Shown piece after piece: positions 43,939-52,092 of a stretch of 64,000 bases of DNA. The translations under genes were made by a program, and so were the position numbers. Origin of the DNA: an uncultured Planctomycetaceae bacterium. GTDB taxonomy: Bacteria; Planctomycetota; Planctomycetia; Planctomycetales; Planctomycetaceae. The first letter of the stretch is position 1, and every line of letters begins with the position of its first letter. The notes below the pieces were generated by a model that saw nothing but the letters and a program-made list of their open reading frames with translations, did no database searches and was not told the origin of the DNA. The stretch covers positions 248,001 to 312,000 of the forward strand of contig CAXBME010000006.1 in assembly GCA_963976765.1 (NCBI GenBank). Reading direction: 5' to 3'.

Positions 43939-46803
43939 TCACTGATTCTGGTTGCGGATGATCTCGACGCCGCTGATCAGTGATTTTCCCCGAGTCGCCC
44001 GAAGGTTGATCGTCAGCATGCCATCGACGGAGACGTCGTCTAATTCTTCGACGATACCGGTCATCATTTCGCCGGCTCTTGAGCGAATGTCAAAGTCGCT
44101 GAGGACAGTCTTGCCCTGCAAATTGACTGATTGAATTCGGGCATCGGAGGCATCCTCTGAGAGTTCTGCGAAGTAAAGCTTCACCGTGTATCGACCGGGC
44201 TTCAGGTCGTGCAGAGCCAACTCTTCCAGGCCTTCGACGGCTGATGCCACAACCCACGGCCAGGCTTCACCGCCCTTGATCCAGTTGCTGTGCCGGTAGA
44301 TGATCGTTGCGTTTGCGGGCTTTGTCACCACTTTGATCTGTGGAGACGGGCCGCCGACGGATGGATAATCCAGCCAGAGCGTTCCGTCGCGAGTCTTGCG
44401 GTCACCCGGCGCTCCGAAGTTCAAACCGATCCGTTCGATCGATGCCGGCTTGACAGGTTCATTCCCCCACGAAGACCACTGTTCGTGAGTTTCGGGCATG
44501 GCCACCATCGACAGCGCTGTTGGAAGCGGGTAACTGCAAGTGCAGCCTTCGTAGAAGTACGGAACGTTCAAGAGCCCGCCCGACGGAATGATGCTGTTCG
44601 TACAGCCGCTGCGGGGGCCGCTGATGAAGACCGTTCCGCTCTCCAATGTCTTGTCATAGAACGCCGCCGTGCCGCTGCGCAGCGTGTAGAACATTCCGTA
44701 ATCCACTCCGCCATCGCAGCCGTAAGTTTTGGGAATGACTCGCGGCTCTTTCAGTCCGGTCATCGGATTAACGCGTTCGCCAGCGAGTGCTGGATCAGGC
44801 GGATTCGGCAGCAGTGCCGTCTTCTGATCCGGCGCGTGGTAGTAACTCTGTTGAGGAGTCGTCAGGTCAGGCGCCGGCAACGACTTCCTCAGCACCGGCT
44901 GTTCCGAGTCATCGAAGACTCGCCCGGTGTAGATATCAGAAAGAACGGGCCGCATCAGCGGGTAATCGACGGACCAATTGCCTTTGATTCTCGGCGCATG
45001 CCAATCCTTGGGTCGAGACACCATGACACCGTTTGTAAACAGCGGCTGAGGCGACCTCTTAAAGTGGGCGAGCGTGTCGTCAAACCAGAGCACTCCCAGC
45101 GGAAACCGCACCAGCGTGTCTTCGCAGTGAGCGTAACCACCCTGGTAATCAGCGGTGCCGGGCAACGCTCCAATTCGGCGGACCAGAGCACGGCCGTTGA
45201 ACTCTGCAGCCAGAAATCGGCCCGGCTTCTGAGCGGTCAGGCTCTTTGTTGAAACGAAATCGTCGTCTACCTTGATCCCCAGCACGGCGACACCGCCAAA
45301 CGGTCGGAGCGTCTGGAGCAATTCAGGCGACGCATTCTGAAGCCCGCCAGGCGTCTCCGTCGTAATGAGGTTTGCCAGGTACGCGGGCAGCAACACGTTG
45401 TTCGGCGAGCCTTCGATCACCGCCGCACGAGTTCCGTACAGGCCGGCAGACTGCAACTCAATCCGAAGCCGACCAACTCGATCTCTGTCATCATCGACGG
45501 CGATGACATGATGCTTCGATTCCTGAAGCAACGCTTTGACGAGGGCTCCGTCGTCCAGACCGAGCACGACCGCAACGCCGTGCCGGCCAGTCGTCTCACC
45601 GATCAGACCTGCGGCCAGCTTCGACGCCTGCGGTGTTGTAACGAGCGGCGAAGCCGGAGCTGACCATTCAGTCGGTGCAGCCGGTTCCGCACCAGGCTCG
45701 GCGAAACAGTAGACCTTCCCGGTCTGCGTCGAGACGAACAACTTCGAGTCAGCAACGATCAGCGAGTGAACGTTCCCCTCGACACCGCTGATTCCGAGTT
45801 CGGCCAGTGCACTGTCGAAGCTAAATGCTCGACTTCCAACTTGAATCGTGCGACTGACGCCGGTTTCGCCCTCGCCCGTACGCATCGTGTCTTCGTGGAG
45901 TTGCCGATTCACGACGTCGTCGAAAGTGAGTTTTCCTCGACGGACAGCCCTGGCCGATTCCGGATCCAGCGCGGCGAACCAGCCTCCGGGCAACCGACCG
46001 GGAGAAGGCAGTTTGAAGTCAATCAACTCGCCGGTTTCACGATTCAAGCGAGCGGGGTACGCCGTCGAGCATGGCACGACGATTTCATCCTCATTGACAA
46101 TCAGGTAGCCCTGCGGAGCCAGTCCGCCGATGGCCTGCGTGTCGTGCGGCTGCTGGCCAAACAGGTAACCCAGACGTTCATTCCGCCAGACAACGTCGCC
46201 CGTTGCGATGTCCATCGACAGAACGAAGACACCTTCAAACGGCCAGACGCCCGCCGCGAAATAAACCTGCCCGTCGGCAACGACCGGGCCGCCTCGAACC
46301 GGCCAGACAGAAATCAACCGCCGGTTGCCCAGCAGTCGGCGATCGTTGGGAGTTACCTGGTGCTTCCACCGCAACCTGCCCGTCGCCAGCTCGACGCAGT
46401 AGAAAAAGCCATCGTCCGAGCCAAAGCAGACCGACTCTTCCCACACAGCCGGAGCAAATCGAACCGGACCATTCGTGCGATAATTCCAAAGTTCCCGTCC
46501 TGTCGATGCGTCGTACGCTGTGACCGAATCGTTGCGGGACGAGGCGATTAACAATCGCCCCTTCGCGACAACAGGTTCGTAGCCGGCATCAAACTGGAGT
46601 CTCGGACTGTGGAATGCCGGAGTGATCGTCGGCAGCTGCCGGCTCCATTTCAGTTTCGGATTCGCCGGCAGAGAATCCGTCGTCACGCCGGTTCGCCCGG
46701 CATCGCATCGCCACATCGGCCAGTCATTCGCCGAGCTGACCGCTGATGTCAGTGACATCGTGAGGAAGAGAATTCCGAACAACCATCGTCGTCGCAGATT
46801 CAT
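43939..46803 (-). CDS. PQQ-like beta-propeller secreted protein with methyltransferase-like insert and C-terminal malectin-like domain
   Basis: DWPMWRCDAGRTG, TGRELW/TGRLRW repeats, SVWPVRGGP, central VVLGLDDG..VIAVDDD, C-terminal YTVKLYFAE. Confidence 0.75.
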   Translation of the reverse strand: MNLRRRWLFGILFLTMSLTSAVSSANDWPMWRCDAGRTGVTTDSLPANPKLKWSRQLPTITPAFHSPRLQFDAGYEPVVAKGRLLIASSRNDSVTAYDASTGRELWNYRTNGPVRFAPAVWEESVCFGSDDGFFYCVELATGRLRWKHQVTPNDRRLLGNRRLISVWPVRGGPVVADGQVYFAAGVWPFEGVFVLSMDIATGDVVWRNERLGYLFGQQPHDTQAIGGLAPQGYLIVNEDEIVVPCSTAYPARLNRETGELIDFKLPSPGRLPGGWFAALDPESARAVRRGKLTFDDVVNRQLHEDTMRTGEGETGVSRTIQVGSRAFSFDSALAELGISGVEGNVHSLIVADSKLFVSTQTGKVYCFAEPGAEPAAPTEWSAPASPLVTTPQASKLAAGLIGETTGRHGVAVVLGLDDGALVKALLQESKHHVIAVDDDRDRVGRLRIELQSAGLYGTRAAVIEGSPNNVLLPAYLANLITTETPGGLQNASPELLQTLRPFGGVAVLGIKVDDDFVSTKSLTAQKPGRFLAAEFNGRALVRRIGALPGTADYQGGYAHCEDTLVRFPLGVLWFDDTLAHFKRSPQPLFTNGVMVSRPKDWHAPRIKGNWSVDYPLMRPVLSDIYTGRVFDDSEQPVLRKSLPAPDLTTPQQSYYHAPDQKTALLPNPPDPALAGERVNPMTGLKEPRVIPKTYGCDGGVDYGMFYTLRSGTAAFYDKTLESGTVFISGPRSGCTNSIIPSGGLLNVPYFYEGCTCSYPLPTALSMVAMPETHEQWSSWGNEPVKPASIERIGLNFGAPGDRKTRDGTLWLDYPSVGGPSPQIKVVTKPANATIIYRHSNWIKGGEAWPWVVASAVEGLEELALHDLKPGRYTVKLYFAELSEDASDARIQSVNLQGKTVLSDFDIRSRAGEMMTGIVEELDDVSVDGMLTINLRATRGKSLISGVEIIRNQNQ

Positions 46804-47026
46804 AAGCGTCATCCCGATTCCGTTAACGTTGTCTGCCGAAACCCAGCTCTGCCTCAAGCCGTCCAGCTCGAACAGTCAACAGGCTACATGATCAGGACCG
46901 GCCAGGATACTTTCACGATTTGATGTGCTATCGTGACGTGTAACAATCGCCGAACGACTGAACTGTATTCGGATGCTCAACCACCGATTCAACGTCCCGA
47001 CAACTTCTTTCCATTGAGGTCTCACC

Positions 47027-47788
47027 ATGAAACCAAACCAGCTCAACCGACGCCAACTGCTTCAGACATCCGCCCTCGCCGCCGGCGCTGCGATTACTTT
47101 AAGCACAACCTCGACCGAAGCACGTGCTGCGGAATCAAAAGTGACTTTGAAGGACGGCGACGTCGTTCTGTTTCAGGGCGATTCGATCACCGATGCCGGG
47201 CGTGATCGGAAGTCGGAAGGCAACGCCAACCATTCACGGGGACTCGGGACAGGCTACCCGTTTCTGATCGCTGGCGGGTTGCTTCAGGCTCATGCGAAAC
47301 TCGGCCTGAAGGTTTTCAACCGAGGCATCAGCGGTCACAAGGTTCCCGATCTGCAAGGCCGCTGGCAGAAGGACACGCTCGATCTGAAACCAGCAGTGCT
47401 GAGCATCCTTGTCGGCGTAAACGACATCTGGCATAAGTTTGCTGGACGGTACGACGGGACGGTCGAAGACTACGGCACCGGCTTTGCGGCGCTGCTCAAG
47501 CAGACCAAAGAGGCTCTTCCCGAAACAACCATCGTCGTCTGCGAACCTTTCGCTCTGCGATGCGGAGCCGTCAAGGACGAATGGTTCCCGGAATTCGACG
47601 AGCGCCGCGCAGTCGCTCAAGAAGTCGCCAAAGAGGCAGGCACGTTGTGGGTGCCGTTCCAGACGATGTTCGACGAAGCCATTGCCGCAGGAACGACTCC
47701 CAACTACTGGGCCGGCGACGGCGTCCATCCATCCCTCGCCGGTCACGCACTGATGGCAAAAACCTGGCGCGAGGTCGTCGGAATCTGA
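47027..47788 (+). CDS. SGNH/GDSL hydrolase with Tat signal
   Basis: NRRQLL, FQGDSITD, NRGISG, GVND, DGVHP. Confidence 0.92.
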   Translation: MKPNQLNRRQLLQTSALAAGAAITLSTTSTEARAAESKVTLKDGDVVLFQGDSITDAGRDRKSEGNANHSRGLGTGYPFLIAGGLLQAHAKLGLKVFNRGISGHKVPDLQGRWQKDTLDLKPAVLSILVGVNDIWHKFAGRYDGTVEDYGTGFAALLKQTKEALPETTIVVCEPFALRCGAVKDEWFPEFDERRAVAQEVAKEAGTLWVPFQTMFDEAIAAGTTPNYWAGDGVHPSLAGHALMAKTWREVVGI

Positions 47789-47907
47789 CAGACGGATTAT
47801 CCATCGCGTGAAAACGTCGAAGTACCAATCGAACGCTGCCGCCTGGTAAGCCGTTCATGGTAGGCAACGCCCACCATGCCACCTGACCTTGAGTTGATGG
47901 ATCGGCG

Positions 47908-48747
47908 TCAAACCAGTTCGTGGTATTCGACGATTTCGCGCGAGCGGTCGATCTTTGTGACCAGACTGGATGCGACGGAGTTGACCAGGGCTCCGTCGAT
48001 CCGGTCTTTGTCAGCAGCCATGCCAGCGATCATTGACAGCTCGCACAGACGGTTGATCAGTCGCGGGCAGCCTTGAGCGTGAGCATGAATCTGCAGTGTG
48101 GCGTCGTTCGTGAAGATCTCGCGATCGCTGCCCGCCTGCTTGAGCATGTCCGCGATGAACTCGTCGGTCTCGTCCAGTTGAAACGAGTGAAGCTCGACAC
48201 GCAGGTCTGCGAGTTCACTGAGGATGCCGCTCAGTCGAGGCAGTTCTTTGGAGCGGACGGCGGTAATGAATGTCGACAGTCCGGCTGATTCCTCGGCAGC
48301 ACAGAACAGACGTTCGAGCAACGACAGGCACGTCGTGTCGGCACGTTCGAGGTGGTCGAACACGAAAATCGTCTGAGTCATAGTCAGCTGCAAAGAGTGC
48401 ATCTGGTCGGTGATTTTCCGCCAGAGGTTCCAGCGGGATTCCGACTCGCTGGGGGCGAGACCGAGCGACAACGCGAGGTTCCACAGCATCTCGTGTGCGT
48501 CGACGCCGAGCAGGTTCGTATACGCGACATGCCGCTGGGATCTCTTCACCTGCTCGCACAACACCTTCAGTGTCAACGACTTGCCGGTCCCCTCAGAGCC
48601 GCTAAGCAACCCGAATCCGCGTTTCTGCTCGATCAGATAGAACAGCCGGGCAAGCGCTTCTTCGTGGATGCCGCTTTCGTGGAACCATTTTGTGCTGAGT
48701 CGGTTGGTAAACGGAGAAGCCGACAGGCCCCAGTAGGATTCGTACAT
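47908..48747 (-). CDS. ExeA/GspA-family AAA ATPase
   Basis: MYESYWGL..SPF, HEEALARL, Walker A GSEGTGKS, GCPRLINRLC; Walker B is atypical (FVFDH). Confidence 0.85.
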   Translation of the reverse strand: MYESYWGLSASPFTNRLSTKWFHESGIHEEALARLFYLIEQKRGFGLLSGSEGTGKSLTLKVLCEQVKRSQRHVAYTNLLGVDAHEMLWNLALSLGLAPSESESRWNLWRKITDQMHSLQLTMTQTIFVFDHLERADTTCLSLLERLFCAAEESAGLSTFITAVRSKELPRLSGILSELADLRVELHSFQLDETDEFIADMLKQAGSDREIFTNDATLQIHAHAQGCPRLINRLCELSMIAGMAADKDRIDGALVNSVASSLVTKIDRSREIVEYHELV

Positions 48748-49217
48748 TTCCAGTCGCCTCTTGCTGCATCTGGACTGTTGATCGAGAAAGCGGGCGCACG
48801 CCAAACACTCGGCGCAACCCGCTCAATCGTCACTATCGGCACACCGAGGGCAGAATGATGACCGGAAAGTTGGGAACGCACCTCTAATTCCAGCCAGATC
48901 ACCGCTTCGTTGCCTGACCACCCTGCCGTCCGCGAGCAAATAAATACGGGCAAGGCGACGGCTCAGTGAAACATGCAGGTTAGCGGCAATTCTCACCACC
49001 AGTCCCGCACGCACTCTCCGATGAATGACCAGTAGAGGTCATGGCAAAGCAAAAACGCCGTAAAGCCGAACATGAAGCCCGAGAAGAAGTTTCCGGACGT
49101 AATTTCATCGGCTGAACGAAGCCACGACGTCACGGGTGGTGACCACCGCGCCCCGAAAGACAGGGGCCTTCCGTCGTTCGGGGAACCAGTTCGACCGAAA
49201 CCAGCGAAAACCCTACG

Positions 49218-49255
49218 AAAAAAGCCTCATTACCGGTTTTCGGCAATGAGGCTTT
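49218..49255 (-). terminator. Intrinsic terminator downstream of the tRNA-Asp 3' fragment
   Basis: Minus strand AAAGCCTCATTGCCG-AAAAC-CGGTAATGAGGC-TTTTTT. Confidence 0.85.
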
Positions 49256-49259
49256 GAAG

Positions 49260-49306
49260 CGACCCCGACGGGACTTGAACCCGCAACCTCCGGATCGACA
49301 GTCCGG
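49260..49306 (-). pseudogene. 3' fragment of tRNA-Asp(GTC), probable att site
   Basis: Minus strand CCGGA-CTGTCGA-TCCGG AGGTT GCGGG-TTCAAGT-CCCGT CGGGGTC G gives the anticodon arm, T arm, 3' acceptor strand and G73; no D arm or 5' acceptor strand upstream. Confidence 0.88.
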
Positions 49307-49945
49307 AAACAGACTATGAGCACCGGAGAATGGTTCCGGGCGTCAACGCTTTCAGCAAGTGCGGTGCCATTCCCATCCGCGGGAATCTGAGCCACTCAAC
49401 AGCCACTGTCCAGCATGTTCCGGGATTTCAGAATTGACGACCTGTTTAGGGTCGCTAAGTTCGCCGTCACGAGAAAAGTCGACGAGCCACGAGACACAAC
49501 GCTGAGACCCGGTTGCTTCCGGGAGAGTTGACCAGGCATGGTCGCTCGATCTTCAGTCGCGGTTGACCGGTTCGTCAAGCAGATGAATCGAGTCCCGCTG
49601 ACGTCCTGCTGTTGAATCCATGAAGCTGTCGGTTGCAGTGATTCTGTGGCCACCGTTTTGTGAATTTCAGCCCGCTGTCGTTTGCTCGACTCACACGAAT
49701 TGCGTCCCTCACTTCAGATTCCGCCAGGGATCACTCGTGAGGTATTTGCTGGCCGACATCGTGGAAGTGTGACAGGTCTTGCACTCAGGATCTGCGTGCC
49801 TTCACTGCATGGTTGCCCGCACAGTTATCACGTGATCAGGAGCGGCGACGCATGTTCGCTAATCGGATGGAGTTTCCAGGTATTCACAGGTCGACGTTGA
49901 TGGGGGATTTTCCCACGGCGTTTATCTACACCAATGGAGGCTCAA

Positions 49946-51103
49946 ATGACGGCACTGAAGATCTTTTCCGGCGACGACGAAAGTCAGTCCTGGCGTCGAT
50001 TGTTGAATCTGCCGCCCAATGCGTATCTGCGGCTGCGGGAATACTACGAACGATTCATGGAGCCGGCTCCGCAACGTCGCAAGTTCAGCAGGTCAACACC
50101 GCAGGCGTACCTGACGTCAATCGGTCGCTGGGAACAGTTCGGGACCTCCGAGTTGAAGCTCTGGGAGACGGATCAGTTTGGCCGAATGATGTGGAAGCCA
50201 CTGAATTCACAGACTCCGCAATCAGTGAACGATCCACCGATCGGGATTGTCATCGACGACGATCTGGTCGCATTCCAGAACGCGATGCTGGACGCCGGGT
50301 TTCCTGTGTCGACGGTCAACACCACACGCCGCCACCTGCTGCCGATCTTCAATCTGGCGGCGCCTCGCAGCGAGCGCGGTGCTGGCCGTGGAGATTTGCT
50401 GGTCCGTCCATTCTGTCCAATACTCGACGAAGAAGTTGTGCAGAAGCTGATTCCCACCGAGGAAGAAATGACGGCCTTCTTCAAAGCGACTTCTCAGGCG
50501 AAGTGGCCGATTTCGAACGACTGGCCAGCGTCTCACTGGTGGCAGGCGTTGATTGTGCTGCTGTGCAACTACGGGCTGGGTTGTGCGGACTGGAAGCGTC
50601 TCGAATGGGACGAACACGTCATCGAGAACTGCTCACTGCTCAAGTATGTCCGCTACAAGACTCGAAGAAAGCGGAAGCACCCGGTGCTGTTCGAGATCAA
50701 TGCGACGACCAGGTGGTATCTGAATCGGATTCGATCAGAAACGATGATTCGAAATGGCAAGTCCCGGATCTTCTGTTCGGCACAGTCGAAGACCTGCTTC
50801 AAAAACGAGTGGAATCGTCTCGTCGAACTGGCGGGAGTCTCCTGCAAGGAGAAGAAGTCAGACGGCAAAACGTACGAAGAGTTCAGCCGCCATGCGATTC
50901 GTCGATTCTGCAATCAGTACATGAACGATCATGCTCCCGGCAAGCCGGGAGAGTGGCTGCTGAACCATGCCTTCACGACAGACAACGTTGTGAATCATCG
51001 CAGTTACAGTCGCATCTATCAGCCGCCTCAGAGCGTGACGGATGCACTGCACTCGGTCGAGCAGCTGCCGATCTTCCTTCAGACGATGCAGGAGGCGGCG
51101 TAG
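49946..51103 (+). CDS. Tyrosine recombinase/integrase-family protein with atypical box I
   Basis: SD GGAGG; core-binding STVNTTRRHL, box I YGLGCAD..L.W, HAIR (HxxR), LLNH, candidate nucleophile Tyr in HRSY. Confidence 0.8.
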   Translation: MTALKIFSGDDESQSWRRLLNLPPNAYLRLREYYERFMEPAPQRRKFSRSTPQAYLTSIGRWEQFGTSELKLWETDQFGRMMWKPLNSQTPQSVNDPPIGIVIDDDLVAFQNAMLDAGFPVSTVNTTRRHLLPIFNLAAPRSERGAGRGDLLVRPFCPILDEEVVQKLIPTEEEMTAFFKATSQAKWPISNDWPASHWWQALIVLLCNYGLGCADWKRLEWDEHVIENCSLLKYVRYKTRRKRKHPVLFEINATTRWYLNRIRSETMIRNGKSRIFCSAQSKTCFKNEWNRLVELAGVSCKEKKSDGKTYEEFSRHAIRRFCNQYMNDHAPGKPGEWLLNHAFTTDNVVNHRSYSRIYQPPQSVTDALHSVEQLPIFLQTMQEAA

Positions 51104-51237
51104 GCGGCTCACGTGTGAATCCAATGGAAGCGTCGGAACCGCGAGCGTCGGCCCACGCTCGCAGCGACAGAGCAGGTCAGGGTTCATCCTCTTCATGCCT
51201 CCGGCCTGCTCTGTCTTCGTTTTCCCGGAGTAGTGTC

Positions 51238-51396
51238 ATGCAGAAGTTCATGCGTCACGCGAGGCTCTGGCTGTCACTGCCCGTGCATCTGATAGCGTTG
51301 ATTTTCTTTGCCATCGCCACGGGAGTGATGGCCTTATCGGAACTGATCGCCGCATCCAAGCCGCCACCTTCCAGGAAGCAGGTACAGGCGGAATGA
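51238..51396 (+). CDS. Small membrane protein
   Basis: GGAG upstream of ATG; hydrophobic segment LSLPVHLIALIFFAIATGVMAL; also forms the 3' end of the long 49852-51396 frame. Confidence 0.5.
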   Translation: MQKFMRHARLWLSLPVHLIALIFFAIATGVMALSELIAASKPPPSRKQVQAE

Positions 51397-51504
51397 CCGA
51401 CCACTGATCCGCCGCTTTCAGTTTTCTCAAGAAATCAATGACCTTCTGCGTGGAACGTACGCGCACAGTCAATCTTCTTTTCCAGGTATCAGGAGTGCTT
51501 TCTG

Positions 51505-51687
51505 ATGTCTTCTGCGTTTGAACTTGGCGACTGGCTGCGGATTCATGAGAGGCGAATCAGTCTGGCCAAGGACTTGATTCTGGCCAAAGAGACGGGAACG
51601 CCATCGCAATTGAGAACCAGTTTTCAGGGGTTGCTGACTCGCTGTTCGAATCGATCGGCGATGGATGTGCGCTTCAGGCGGAACTGA
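51505..51687 (+). CDS. Hypothetical phage protein
   Basis: AGGAG SD, 60 aa, co-directional with the early operon. Confidence 0.55.
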   Translation: MSSAFELGDWLRIHERRISLAKDLILAKETGTPSQLRTSFQGLLTRCSNRSAMDVRFRRN

Positions 51688-51810
51688 GTAGCGAGGGCGA
51701 AGTAACGGAGTGAGTCGCGACGGCTGGGACGGAGCCCGGCGAGGGCAAGCCGTCGCGACATGGAGAGAGTCTGGTTTGGGAGAGCCGGACGCAGCGAAAT
51801 GGAGTGAAGC

Positions 51811-52092
51811 ATGCTGGTGGTCACTCGATCGGAAAACGAGACGATCCATATCGGAGAACTGATCGACATCACGATCGTCGCGGTACGTGGCAACAAGGTT
51901 CGAATCGGAATCGATGCGCCAAGGCTGTTGGCGATTTTGCGAGGCGAGCATCTGACTGACGAATCGCTTCTGTCCCGCAAAAAGCTGATTCAGCAAATGA
52001 CATCAGCCGTCGACGTTGAGACCGGTCGACTGGTCGAACTACTCGCCGCAAGTCCGGTCGGTCAGGCCGCCGGAATGGAGGCGACCGCATGA
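51811..52092 (+). CDS. csrA: Carbon storage regulator CsrA homolog (element-encoded)
   Basis: MLVVTRSENETIHIG..I.ITIVAVRGNKVRIGIDAP...ILRGE; RNA-binding Arg6 and the Arg44-equivalent are retained. Confidence 0.88.
   Translation: MLVVTRSENETIHIGELIDITIVAVRGNKVRIGIDAPRLLAILRGEHLTDESLLSRKKLIQQMTSAVDVETGRLVELLAASPVGQAAGMEATA

Noticed and set aside
49260..49335. Complete tRNA-Asp gene
   Set aside because: No D arm or GACCCCG 5' acceptor strand upstream of the anticodon stem; only the 3' 47 nt are present
49072..49653. Short ORFs around the att site (49072-49257, 49213-49395, 49396-49653)
   Set aside because: Two run through the terminator or tRNA fragment; none has a recognisable motif or convincing SD
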